Below are positions 18,327 through 28,059 of a stretch of 64,000 nucleotides of DNA, in pieces. The translations under genes and the position numbers were made by a program. The notes beneath the pieces are model-generated. The model had not been told where the DNA came from and searched no databases. It worked only from the letters and a program-made list of their open reading frames with translations. This DNA is from Turneriella sp. Its GTDB lineage: Bacteria > Spirochaetota > Leptospiria > Turneriellales > Turneriellaceae. The stretch is from the NCBI GenBank assembly GCA_965279515.1, contig CBDIID010000003.1:4608001-4672000 (forward strand), given 5' to 3'. Position 1 is the first letter of the stretch, and each line of letters starts with the position of its first letter.

Positions 18327-19123
18327 ACGGGTTCTTTCCACTGGGTATTGGAATTCTTTTCGCCGTCTGGCATTCTTTTGCCGACGCTCTTGCCTGGCGC
18401 ATCTATACGGCGTATTATTCGCCGCAGCGCAAAAGCATCCCCGGAAAGGTTTCGTTTATCTTTTCCCAGTCGTCTGTCTGTGAATACTGTTCAGCAAAGG
18501 TTTCATGGTTAGGGCTCATTCCCATTATTGGTTTTTTTCTCGTCAAAGGTAAATGCGCCAATTGCACTCGCCCGATCTCGTGGCGGTTTCCGGTTTTTGA
18601 AGCGCTGGCCTTCGTTTTTGGGCTCTGTGTTGGTTTTATGAATGCCGCGCCCGCCGAGTTTGCGGTTATTCTCATCGCCTATGCGCTGTTATGGATCGTC
18701 ATCACGGTCGATTACCGCATGCTCTTGATTCCCACAGAGGCGATTCTGGGCCTGCTGGTATTGGGGATCTTCAACCTGCTGGTGGTGCGTTACCCGCAAT
18801 GGTTTTTATTCAACAATTTTGATCTCGCGCTCGATCTGGCGGTGAGTTTTGTCTGGTATTTCTTTTTTCACCTGCTGCGTATCTTATCAGGTTACAAGAT
18901 GGGTTTGGCCGATGTGCGGCTTGTACTCGCATTGGGATTTCTCCTCGGGCACCCCTATGCGATCTATTTGCCGGGTTTTGCCGCAGCTTTGGCGATTATC
19001 TTCTACTTGCTGAGGCGGCGTTCTGTTTTGATCTATGCGCCGTCCGAGACGCAGATACCCTTCGGCGTCTTTTTGAGCGTCGGGTATCTGCTGATGTATC
19101 TGTTACGCGGCTTTGCCGCGTAG
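18323..19123 (+). CDS. pilD: Prepilin peptidase (A24)
   Basis: SVCEYC...KGKCANC zinc motif, D..LLIP, MGLADVRL, IPFGVFL. Confidence 0.85.
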   Translation: MNGFFPLGIGILFAVWHSFADALAWRIYTAYYSPQRKSIPGKVSFIFSQSSVCEYCSAKVSWLGLIPIIGFFLVKGKCANCTRPISWRFPVFEALAFVFGLCVGFMNAAPAEFAVILIAYALLWIVITVDYRMLLIPTEAILGLLVLGIFNLLVVRYPQWFLFNNFDLALDLAVSFVWYFFFHLLRILSGYKMGLADVRLVLALGFLLGHPYAIYLPGFAAALAIIFYLLRRRSVLIYAPSETQIPFGVFLSVGYLLMYLLRGFAA

Positions 19124-19126
19124 CCG

Positions 19127-20713
19127 TTATTTCTTGAGGGGAGTTCCCACGAGAGCCGCAGCAGCTGCTGCCGTCATGGTGAACTCACGTTTCGCGCGCA
19201 TTTCTTTGAAGTTTTCGTAAAATGACGCAATGCTGATGTAGAAAAAACCCGCGGCGTACATGACCATAAAGGGTACGAACATGGTGCGGTCGAAAGCAAA
19301 TGCGGTATAGATAATCATGAGGCTGTAGATGCCCATGAGGAATTCGAGGAAGGGCGTTTTGTCGAGTTTCACGTGGCCCGCATATTTCATACGGTCATTG
19401 ATCTTATCTTTTTGGCCTTCGATGCGCAGTTTCGGCGTGCGGATAAAAGTCGACTTCTTACCGATCAGTGCCTGCCAGACAGCGCGTGTATTCGAGACCG
19501 CAATACCGGTACCGATCATCGTGAGCACGGGCATCCACGCAACGCGGTTGAACCAGCGGTTGTAGAGAACTTTTTGCGAAACCAGGTACATCGCAATCGG
19601 GCCGAATGTGCCGAGGGAGAAAAATACCGCGGCGATGCCGATGATGGCATCGGGTACATTGCCGAGGCGCTCGCTGAAATAGAGTACGGGCAACGTCGCG
19701 AGAATGTTAATCACCATGAGCGGGTGCACCAGATAGTTCGTCAGATGCGTCAGCGCCTCGAGTTTTACCTTCCAGGGCAGGTTTGTGCGGAGGATCGTCG
19801 GTGCGAGTTTAACAGTCGTCTGGATTGAACCCTTGCACCAGCGGAATTGCTGCGACTTGTAAGCCGAAACCGTGGCGGGCAGTTCTGCGGGATTAACCAC
19901 GTCGACGATGTATTTGAAGCGCCAGCCCTTGAGTTCAGCGCGGTAAGAGAGGTCAAAATCTTCGGTGAGCGTGTCGGCCGACCAGTTACCCGCATCATAG
20001 ATGCAGCTCTTGCGGCAGATGCCGGCTGTACCATTGAAGTTCATCCACAGGCCGCTGCCGCCGCGTGCGATCTGTTCGATCGTGAAGTGGCCGTCGATAC
20101 CTAAACTCTGGCCTTTTGTCAGAATGCTGTAATCGGCGTTGATGTGGCCCCAGCGTGTCTGCACCATGCCAATGTCGTCTGCTTCGTAGAAGTAGGGAAC
20201 GGTCTTTTCGAGGAAGTCGGGAGCGGGCAGAAAGTCGGCGTCGAAGATCGCGACAAATTCGCCCTTCGCAAGCTCTTGCGCTTCTTTGAGCGCGCCGGCC
20301 TTGTGGCCCTGGCGGTTCACACGGTGGATGAGTTTGATGTCAAAACCTTTCTTTTTGTAGAAGGCTACCTTCTTGCGCACGAGGTCGGTCGTCTCGTCGG
20401 TTGAATCGTCGAGCACCTGTACTTCGAATTTATTCTTCGGGTAGCGTACCTGCATCGTGGTGTCGATCAGGCGCTCGGCAACGTAATACTCGTTGAACAT
20501 CGGCAGCTGGACAGTCACCTTCGGCCAGACCTTCATTTTTGTAACGAGCTCTTCGAGACGCGCAGGATCCGATTCGCAGTTGCGGCGGTATTTAAAGAAT
20601 AGCTTCACCATGACAAAGCAGTGTATTCCGTAGTAAAAAAGGATGATGATGTCGACGATATAGACGACCAGACTGAGTACAAAAAGGGCTTCCATGGATA
20701 GTGCAATGTGCAA
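19127..20713 (-). CDS. Processive GT2 glycosyltransferase (cellulose synthase-like)
   Basis: QLPMFNE, LDDS, KAGAL, FDADF, TEDFDL, QQFRW and C-terminal TMs; start may be the downstream MEALF. Confidence 0.9.
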   Translation of the reverse strand: MHIALSMEALFVLSLVVYIVDIIILFYYGIHCFVMVKLFFKYRRNCESDPARLEELVTKMKVWPKVTVQLPMFNEYYVAERLIDTTMQVRYPKNKFEVQVLDDSTDETTDLVRKKVAFYKKKGFDIKLIHRVNRQGHKAGALKEAQELAKGEFVAIFDADFLPAPDFLEKTVPYFYEADDIGMVQTRWGHINADYSILTKGQSLGIDGHFTIEQIARGGSGLWMNFNGTAGICRKSCIYDAGNWSADTLTEDFDLSYRAELKGWRFKYIVDVVNPAELPATVSAYKSQQFRWCKGSIQTTVKLAPTILRTNLPWKVKLEALTHLTNYLVHPLMVINILATLPVLYFSERLGNVPDAIIGIAAVFFSLGTFGPIAMYLVSQKVLYNRWFNRVAWMPVLTMIGTGIAVSNTRAVWQALIGKKSTFIRTPKLRIEGQKDKINDRMKYAGHVKLDKTPFLEFLMGIYSLMIIYTAFAFDRTMFVPFMVMYAAGFFYISIASFYENFKEMRAKREFTMTAAAAAALVGTPLKK

Positions 20714-20781
20714 AAACGAGACACACCGTCAATAAAACCTGCGACCCCCCACGGTTCCCGGTTTTAACCCGCCAGGTTTGC

Positions 20782-20810
20782 TTGACAAGAGAGCATTTGT
20801 TTAGTATTTT
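20782..20810 (+). promoter_or_regulatory. Sigma70-type promoter of ccmE (probably leaderless)
   Basis: TTGACA-N17-TATTTT, then 6 nt to ATG 20817; no SD. Confidence 0.55.
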
Positions 20811-20816
20811 TGGGCC

Positions 20817-21239
20817 ATGCGCACCAAACTGACCGTATTTTTTGTGCTCCTCGCGACCGCGCTGACAGTGCTTGTGGTGACCTCTTCTTCCTCGGCGTCG
20901 CAGGTCCATTTGAAGCTCACCGAGTTTAAGGATGAGCTGACTAAGGCTGGCGGCGACAAGCTGGCGAAACGCAACCTGACCCTCTACGGCAAGGTCAAAG
21001 AAGGCAGCATTGAGCGCGAAGGCGTGAAGGCGAAATTCATCATTGTTGATGGCAAAAACGAACTCATAGTGCATCACTCGGGCAAGACGCTTTTGCCCGA
21101 TACTTTTCAGGACGGCGCAGACGCGGGCGTGGAGGGCTATTATGACGCACAGCAAAAAAGCTTCACTTCGCATAAGGTCATGGCCAAATGCGCTTCGCGC
21201 TATGAGGCGGCGGGAAAACAGGCTTCGAACAAAAACTAG
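20817..21239 (+). CDS. ccmE: Cytochrome c maturation heme chaperone CcmE (Cys variant)
   Basis: N-terminal TM, GKVKEGS, LPDTF, VEG, VMAKCASRY. Confidence 0.88.
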   Translation: MRTKLTVFFVLLATALTVLVVTSSSSASQVHLKLTEFKDELTKAGGDKLAKRNLTLYGKVKEGSIEREGVKAKFIIVDGKNELIVHHSGKTLLPDTFQDGADAGVEGYYDAQQKSFTSHKVMAKCASRYEAAGKQASNKN

Positions 21240-21250
21240 CCTGGCCGCCG

Positions 21251-21285
21251 GCTGTTAGCCCGAACGGCTGACAGCTTTCTGTTTT
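21251..21285 (+). terminator. Rho-independent terminator after ccmE
   Basis: GCTGTTAGCC-cgaac-GGCTGACAGC followed by TTTCTGTTTT. Confidence 0.55.
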
Positions 21286-21328
21286 CTGAAACAGCTCTTT
21301 TTCGTCGGCTAATAACCGATAATGGTAT

Positions 21329-23818
21329 ATGAGGGACATTCCCCACAAAACACTTAAAACAACCCTGGCCATACTTATGCTCGCAGGGCTCCTGGGGGGG
21401 AGCTACCTCGTCCTCAAAGGCCAGAACCCCCTGAAGGGGTTTGAACCCTCGTCTATCAAGGACGACCGCGAAGTCAAAATACAGTCCTTGCTTGAGCTGT
21501 TAAAACTCGAACCCGAAGATTACAAAACCCACGGCGAACTCGCGAAACTCTACTTTTCGCTCGAAGATTACCGCAATGCCGAAAAGCATGCCCTGCAGGC
21601 CATCGACCTGGGCAAAAAGCACAATGCTACGAAAGAGTTTCTGGCCGAGCAGTACATCCTGCTTTCGAAAATTTACCAGGCGCTGGGCGACAATGCGAAG
21701 GCGCTCGAGTATGCCGAAAAGGCTGCCGAGTCAGATCCGACCAAAACGGCGCCGCTGAAAAGAAAGGGGCAGGTCTTCGAGGCGCTGAAGAAAAACGACA
21801 AAGCGCGGCTCGCCTACCTCAAGGCGATGGAGCTCGATGAAAAAGATCCCGAGACCTATGCCTTACTTGCGAACCAGGAATTCAAGAAAGGAAATAAAAA
21901 AGCTGCGCTGGAATGGCTGAAGATGGGCGTGCGGCGCAACCCGTCGAGCGCAACGGCTTTCCGCAATCTCGCGCGTGGTTATGTGCGCGTCAAAGATTAT
22001 GACAAGGCGAAAGAGGCATACCAGCGCGCCCTCGCACTCGATCCCAATAATGGCGCGTTGCGTTATGAGTACGCTAAGCTTTTGAAAAAGCTGGGCGACA
22101 ATGACGGCTATCTTGCGGAGCTCAAAAAGGCTTATGCGGCGGATCCCAAAAATCCTAAAATTCTCGCGGCGCTGGGTGATGCCGAACTTGCGGCGGGCAA
22201 CAAAAAACGTGCGCTGGAACTCTACCGCGAGGCGCTGAAGGGCGACGGCCGCAATGCCGAGCTGCGCGCGAAATACAATTCTCTTTATAATGAACTGGCC
22301 AGCGCCGGTAAAGGTGGCCCGGGCAAAGGTGACGGTAGCAATGGCACCGGCGGTCCAGGTTCGGCTTCGGGCGATGGTAGCGGCAAGAACGCCGGTAACA
22401 AAGGCGAGGGCGGTCCAGGGAATGGCACTTCGGGTTCCGGAACCGGCGATACCGGCAGCGGCAATAATGCCGCGAATGGCGTCGATAAAGTTGAAAGTTT
22501 AGACAGCGGAAAAGGTGCGGGTTCGTCGGCGCAGCCAACCCTAAGCTCGTCGAAGGGCGATATTGAAGCCGGCAAAAAAGCGTTTGCTGAAAAAGATTAT
22601 GTAGCGGCCGAATCGGCGTTTAAGAAGGCGCTCGAGAAAGATCCGAACAACAGCGATGCGCGTTTCTTTCTGGCCCGCACGCTCGACGCGCAGGGAAAAA
22701 AAGAAGCGGCGATGGCCGAATATCGTCGCCTGCTCGAAAAAGAACCCGACCACGCGAAAGCCAATTATTATCTCGGCCGCTTGCTTTACCAGGCGCAAAA
22801 ATATTCCGACGCGGAACGGCATTTCAAAAAATCTGTTGCGGCCGATGCGAAATTTGCCCCCGCGCAGTACTCACTGGGCTTAGCGCAGGAGAAGCAGGGC
22901 AAAAACAGCGATGCGCTCTCGTCGTATAAAAAATCGGCAGAGACTGACGGCAGCCTCACGCAGGCGCATTTTAACAGCGCGATCATTCTGAAGAAAAATA
23001 AAAAATATGATGAGGCTTTGGCAGAACTCGGTAAAGCAGGCGGTGGCAGCGACGTAGAATACCAGAAGGGGGAGATCCTACTCAAACAAAAAAAGTATGC
23101 CGAAGCGAAAGATGCCCTCAGCAAAGTACTCGCAGAAAAACCGCAGCACTATGAAGCGGCATTCAACCTGGCCCTGGCCTACCACAAGCTCGGCGACCCG
23201 GCGGGCGCCGACCGTGTGCTGGCGAAGGTGATACGCGAAGATTCGCCCGCCGACCTGCATTATACCTACGGCAAGTTGCTCGAAGACGCCGGTGAAAGCG
23301 CCAGCGCAGAAAAGCAGTACCGCACCAGCGTGCAAAAAGACCCGCGCTACTTCAAGGGCTGGCTGAATTTAGGCAGGATCTCCGCAGCGGCGCAGAAGTA
23401 TGACCAGGCCGAAAATGCCTACCGCCAGGCTGCGGCGCTCGAACCGGGCTCTTACGAGGCGAACTACAATCTCGCGAATACTCTCTTTAAACAAAAAAAA
23501 CACCAGAGCGCGATCGAATATTTTGAGGCGGCCAAAAGACAGGAAAATACCCGCGACGTGGTCATGCCCCTGGCAGCCAGCTACGAAGAGAGCGGGCAGC
23601 ATGAAAAGGCGGCGAAGGCCTATGCCGAGTATCTCCAGGAAAACCCCAAGGACCGCGTCACGCTCGAACGCCTCGGATATCTCTATTACCGTAAGATAAA
23701 GAACAAAGACAAGGCGCTCGAACAATTCAATAAGTTGTTGAAGTATTATCCCGACTCGGACAAGACGCAGGAATATAAGGGTATGGTACAACTCATCGAA
23801 AAACAAAAGGCGGAGTAA
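21329..23818 (+). CDS. Membrane-anchored TPR protein with central Gly-rich linker
   Basis: N-terminal TM, two long TPR arrays, G/S/N-rich spacer. Confidence 0.88.
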   Translation: MRDIPHKTLKTTLAILMLAGLLGGSYLVLKGQNPLKGFEPSSIKDDREVKIQSLLELLKLEPEDYKTHGELAKLYFSLEDYRNAEKHALQAIDLGKKHNATKEFLAEQYILLSKIYQALGDNAKALEYAEKAAESDPTKTAPLKRKGQVFEALKKNDKARLAYLKAMELDEKDPETYALLANQEFKKGNKKAALEWLKMGVRRNPSSATAFRNLARGYVRVKDYDKAKEAYQRALALDPNNGALRYEYAKLLKKLGDNDGYLAELKKAYAADPKNPKILAALGDAELAAGNKKRALELYREALKGDGRNAELRAKYNSLYNELASAGKGGPGKGDGSNGTGGPGSASGDGSGKNAGNKGEGGPGNGTSGSGTGDTGSGNNAANGVDKVESLDSGKGAGSSAQPTLSSSKGDIEAGKKAFAEKDYVAAESAFKKALEKDPNNSDARFFLARTLDAQGKKEAAMAEYRRLLEKEPDHAKANYYLGRLLYQAQKYSDAERHFKKSVAADAKFAPAQYSLGLAQEKQGKNSDALSSYKKSAETDGSLTQAHFNSAIILKKNKKYDEALAELGKAGGGSDVEYQKGEILLKQKKYAEAKDALSKVLAEKPQHYEAAFNLALAYHKLGDPAGADRVLAKVIREDSPADLHYTYGKLLEDAGESASAEKQYRTSVQKDPRYFKGWLNLGRISAAAQKYDQAENAYRQAAALEPGSYEANYNLANTLFKQKKHQSAIEYFEAAKRQENTRDVVMPLAASYEESGQHEKAAKAYAEYLQENPKDRVTLERLGYLYYRKIKNKDKALEQFNKLLKYYPDSDKTQEYKGMVQLIEKQKAE

Positions 23819-25851
23819 TGGCGTCGGCAGCAGATCAGCTCAAACAGATAATTATCGCCCTCGACAATGAAGAAGAACTTTTGCACGAGGCAAAACACCG
23901 CCCGCCCAATGAGGTTATTGTCGTCGCCGATTCCGTGAAGCAGGCGCTGCGCCTGGCATCGGTCGAGATGCAGAAAGATCCGATACAACTCGATTATAAA
24001 ATTCTGAACAAGGGCGGTGCGCAGCTCTTCGGGCTCCGAAAATTGCCTTACCGTGTGCATGTCTTTAAAGCGAAAGAAGACACACGTTTCAGCGACCTCG
24101 AAGATATGAATGTCTCGCTCACCGGTGCGATGGCACAGGCTGCGATGGCCGACGATGCGCCGATCTCTATCAACGCCGACGGAAAAATTCTCGTGCGCAT
24201 TTACCGTACGGGTGTCTATGTCACTGTCAGGCCACCCGTGGGTGACGGGCAGGCGATCTCGATGCCGCAGGCGCTTGAAAAGCTGCGCCTCGCCGGGGTT
24301 AACAGTTATGATAAGGGCCGTCTCGAAAGCGAAATCCGTGCGAAGAGCAGCAAGCAGATCAAGATCGCCGAGTGGACGCCTAAGCCCGATGCAGATTCGC
24401 AGCTACAGGTAGAAATTTCCGCCGATCACATGCGCGCGACGCTGCAGATGACGCGGCCGCGACCGGGCGGACGGCATTTGCAGGTGGCTGATATCATGCA
24501 GGCGCTGAAGGCCAACGGCGTGCAGTTCGGCTTCCGCGAGAATGTCATAGAGAAAGCGCTCGAAGAAGAAGTTTATTCAACGCCGATCATTGTCGCAGAA
24601 GGTAAATCTGCCGTCAACGGCCGCGACGGCTACGTCGATTATAAAGTACGCATCGACAAGAAGGTGGAATTCAAGGAAGACGAAACCGGCCGCGTCGACT
24701 TCATGGACCGCGACCTCGTCGAAAACGTCGTGCAAGGGCAGGTGCTCGCAGAGCTCGTGCCGGCGCAGCGCGGGCAAGAGGGGCGCGACCTGTTTAATAA
24801 AATCACGCCGGCGAAAAACGGCAACCCGGTCACGATCCGTCCGGGCCCCGGCACAATGCTCTCCGACGACGGCAAGCGCCTGCTCGCCGAAAAGAACGGT
24901 CAGGTGCTCTACCGCGGCGGAATTCTCAGCGTCCACGATATGTTCACCATCAACGGCGACGTCGGCATCACCACAGGTAATATCACCTTTCTCGGTTCCA
25001 TCATGGTCACGGGCAGCATTGAGGATAACATGCACGTCAAGGCTGCGGGTTCCATTGAAGTGGCGGGCACCATTCAGAAAGCCTATGTCGAGGCCGAAGG
25101 CGATATCATTGTTCGCCAGGGTATTATCGGCCGCGATAACGCGCAGGTCGAATCGACTGCCGGTAACGTCTACGGTAAATTCTTACAGAGCGCGACGTGT
25201 ATGGCCGAGGGTGACGTGGTCATGGGCGAGAATATCATGCACTCGAAGGTTTATGCGGGCGGTAATGTCGTCTGCAACGGCAAGCGTGCGCAGCTCGTCG
25301 GCGGTGAAATTATCTGCGGCGGCATCGTGCGCGTAAAATCGCTGGGTGCGATGGCCGCGACGCCGACGAAGGTCATCGCCGGTGTGAATCCGCGCGCGAT
25401 GCAGCAGATGAAACAGATTGCGCAGATCGAAAAGCAGCTTAAAGAAAAAATTGAACAGGCGGAAATCAATCTTAAAACCCTGCAGCAGCAAAAGGCGGCG
25501 GCGCCCGATGCGTTCAGCGACGCCAAGGAAGAGCAGTTGGTTAAAACCCTGGCCTTCAAAGAGAAGCTCGAAGAACGCCTGCGCGAGGCTTTCAGCGAAG
25601 CCGCCAACATTTCGGAATTTATGAAAGATTCGAATGCACTGGGGGCTGTTCATGTTGAGAAGACGGTTTTCCCCGGCGTGACGGTCGAAATCAACGGCGC
25701 GTCATTCTCGGTGCAGGACGAATACAACAACGTCAGTTTCGTCGAAGAATCGGGTCGTATTAATATCGTTGCCTATGTGCCACCGGGCGATGATGATAAA
25801 CACTTCCAGAAAAACCGCCGTAAGGGCCGCTACGGGGATGTTGTCCGGTGA
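23818..25851 (+). CDS. FapA family (DUF342) flagellar assembly protein, possible Jag_N-like N-terminus
   Basis: IIVAEGK..VNGRDG, RVDF...VENV..GQVLAE, GDV...TGNI.F.GSI.V.G beta-helix repeats, coiled coil, VFPGVTV. Confidence 0.85.
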   Translation: MASAADQLKQIIIALDNEEELLHEAKHRPPNEVIVVADSVKQALRLASVEMQKDPIQLDYKILNKGGAQLFGLRKLPYRVHVFKAKEDTRFSDLEDMNVSLTGAMAQAAMADDAPISINADGKILVRIYRTGVYVTVRPPVGDGQAISMPQALEKLRLAGVNSYDKGRLESEIRAKSSKQIKIAEWTPKPDADSQLQVEISADHMRATLQMTRPRPGGRHLQVADIMQALKANGVQFGFRENVIEKALEEEVYSTPIIVAEGKSAVNGRDGYVDYKVRIDKKVEFKEDETGRVDFMDRDLVENVVQGQVLAELVPAQRGQEGRDLFNKITPAKNGNPVTIRPGPGTMLSDDGKRLLAEKNGQVLYRGGILSVHDMFTINGDVGITTGNITFLGSIMVTGSIEDNMHVKAAGSIEVAGTIQKAYVEAEGDIIVRQGIIGRDNAQVESTAGNVYGKFLQSATCMAEGDVVMGENIMHSKVYAGGNVVCNGKRAQLVGGEIICGGIVRVKSLGAMAATPTKVIAGVNPRAMQQMKQIAQIEKQLKEKIEQAEINLKTLQQQKAAAPDAFSDAKEEQLVKTLAFKEKLEERLREAFSEAANISEFMKDSNALGAVHVEKTVFPGVTVEINGASFSVQDEYNNVSFVEESGRINIVAYVPPGDDDKHFQKNRRKGRYGDVVR

Positions 25852-26201
25852 AACCGCTCGACCTACAGGTCGGCATCCAGAATTCTTACGAGGCCGCGCG
25901 CTCAGAAGGGGTCAGGCTCGAGAAAACCCACGTCGCCGGCATGCTGGCGAACGAAGATGCGCAGCGTGACCAGACGGTGCGCGACCATAGCGTGACGGCG
26001 CCCGAATCAAAAGGCTTGCAGGACGACCTGTTTTCATCTGAGGAATACAGCCCCGCCGATTATGCCGATGCAGGTTCGTCGCAAGGCAAGGGCGGCACAA
26101 AGAAAAAAAAGCCCGCTGTTGTCGCCGTCCCGGAAAAACCAGAAGAAAAAGCCGAGACCGAAAAGCCCGCCAACGACGGCCACTTCTCTACATACGCATA
26201 A
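25848..26201 (+). CDS. Small hypothetical protein coupled to fapA
   Basis: GTGA overlap with the fapA stop; N-terminal PLDLQ. Confidence 0.6.
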   Translation: MKPLDLQVGIQNSYEAARSEGVRLEKTHVAGMLANEDAQRDQTVRDHSVTAPESKGLQDDLFSSEEYSPADYADAGSSQGKGGTKKKKPAVVAVPEKPEEKAETEKPANDGHFSTYA

Positions 26202-27087
26202 TCCGTTCGCGGGCTTTTTTGCCTTCCGCAAACAGGGCGGGGATATCCGCCTTGCCCGAATCAATGCTATCTGCGAGATTCGCGGCTTCATGGCCCAGCT
26301 GGCGCAGCCATGCGACGACGTTCTCTTTATTGCTGAGCGCAATGTCGCGCCACATCTCTCCCGAACTTGCAGCGATGCGCGTCATGTCACGAAAGCTGCC
26401 GGCGGCGGGGTAAACTCCGAGCTTCGCATCAAACACGTCGCCGCTCATGCGCGCCATGAGGCAGGCCACGAGATGCAGCCCGTGGCTGACATAGGCCATG
26501 GTGCGGTCGTGTTCGGCGGGGTCGATCACGGCGGTCTGCGCGCCGCATAATTTCCACAGCGAAGCGATGCACTCTGAAATCACCGCGTCTTTATGCGGCA
26601 CTATAAAAACCGTCGCGCCTTCGAAGAGAGTCGCTTCTGCTGCGGCGGGGCCATTCGTTTCTTTGCCCGCCATCGGGTGCACGCCGACGAAGCGCGCTGC
26701 CGGGTATTTGTTTTGCACAAATTCACAGATCTCTTTTTTCGTCGAACACATGTCGAAGACAATCAGCTTCTGCGCCAGCGCAGGGTCAGAGAAAACCCTG
26801 TCGAGCACGCCATAACAATCGGGCAGGTTGAGGCCCAAGGCGAGGATGTCCGCATGAGCCAAAGCCGCAAGCGCATCGCGTTCGGTCACGCAGATGCCGG
26901 TGAAGCCCATTTTTTCGAGGTCGAGGCGGCTTTTTTCAGAGCGCACGGCTCCTGTGACTTCATAACCGGCCTGTTTCAGGCGAAGGCCGAGTGAGGCACC
27001 GATGAGCCCCATACCCCAGATGAAAATTGTCGGCTTTGCGACCTCCGTGTCGCCGCCGACCCCGGCGCCTCCATGCGCCTGGGTCAC
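26188..27087 (-). CDS. tyrA: Prephenate dehydrogenase
   Basis: GMGLIGASLG, DMCSTK, HPMAGKE, HDRTMAYVSH, GSFRDMTRIA, MWRDI. Confidence 0.93.
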   Translation of the reverse strand: MTQAHGGAGVGGDTEVAKPTIFIWGMGLIGASLGLRLKQAGYEVTGAVRSEKSRLDLEKMGFTGICVTERDALAALAHADILALGLNLPDCYGVLDRVFSDPALAQKLIVFDMCSTKKEICEFVQNKYPAARFVGVHPMAGKETNGPAAAEATLFEGATVFIVPHKDAVISECIASLWKLCGAQTAVIDPAEHDRTMAYVSHGLHLVACLMARMSGDVFDAKLGVYPAAGSFRDMTRIAASSGEMWRDIALSNKENVVAWLRQLGHEAANLADSIDSGKADIPALFAEGKKARERIMRM

Positions 27088-27971
27088 AACTGTTCCTGAA
27101 TAAACGGCATGGGATTATAGGTCAGCTCAAACCAGTTTTCGGGTTCAACATTTTTAATATGAATTTCATAGTGGAGGTGCGGCCCCGTGGAGCGGCCGGT
27201 TGTACCGACAGCGCCGATGAGATCACCGCGCCTGACCTTTTGGTCTTTTTTGACGTTCACCGAATCCATGTGTGCATAGACTGTAATAAAACCAAACTTG
27301 TGCAGTATCTTCACGTTTTTGCCCAGGCTCGAATCTGCCTCGTCGCTGCCGCTGAGCACGCTGCCGTCAGCCGTTGCATAGATGGGTGTGCCTGTGCCCG
27401 CGGCGAAATCAATACCCGCATGAAAACTTGCCTGTAAGCCGAACGGGTCGGCGCGGCTGCCATAGAGTGAAGTAATCTGGTTGGAATGGACGGCGATGCC
27501 GATCGGCATACCCATATACGCCTCTTCGCGCGCGGTTAAAATACGCATCACGCTCATCAGTGGCAGAATTTTTGCATTTTGTTCGGCGGCGGCGCTGACG
27601 CCGCTCATGTCGCCGAGGTCGGGCTGCGTTTTAAAAATCGTCGTGTAATATTTTTCACCGACGGTTTTCAGGTCGTCGAGGTTTGCCGTGATGCGCTCTT
27701 TGCCCTTTTCGAGAATTTCCCAGCGGGCGAGCCAGGCCGATGCCAGTTCGGCAGAAACTTTTTTATCTGCATCGAGCGGCGCGCGCCTCAGCAGTGCATA
27801 GGTAATGAGCGCTGCTGTCGAAATAAACAGCATCAGGAAAAAATAGATAGTCGCGTAGGATATCCGCCATTCACGCTTATGGCCACCCGAGGAGGGAATG
27901 ATAGCTACGGTTAGCGCACGGCCGCTCGAGCGGCGTTCACGCTGGCTGGAAATTCGGGATTTTAGCGCCAT
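27084..27971 (-). CDS. M23 family metallopeptidase
   Basis: N-terminal TM; HAGID, YAHM, STGPHLHYEI. Confidence 0.92.
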   Translation of the reverse strand: MALKSRISSQRERRSSGRALTVAIIPSSGGHKREWRISYATIYFFLMLFISTAALITYALLRRAPLDADKKVSAELASAWLARWEILEKGKERITANLDDLKTVGEKYYTTIFKTQPDLGDMSGVSAAAEQNAKILPLMSVMRILTAREEAYMGMPIGIAVHSNQITSLYGSRADPFGLQASFHAGIDFAAGTGTPIYATADGSVLSGSDEADSSLGKNVKILHKFGFITVYAHMDSVNVKKDQKVRRGDLIGAVGTTGRSTGPHLHYEIHIKNVEPENWFELTYNPMPFIQEQL

Positions 27972-28059
27972 GGTTCACGAATAAAAATTTTGCTTTCTGG
28001 CCTGAGGTTTAGTATACTCGCTGTAGAAATAAAGCGTCAAGCCAAAAGGTGGTTAAAAA

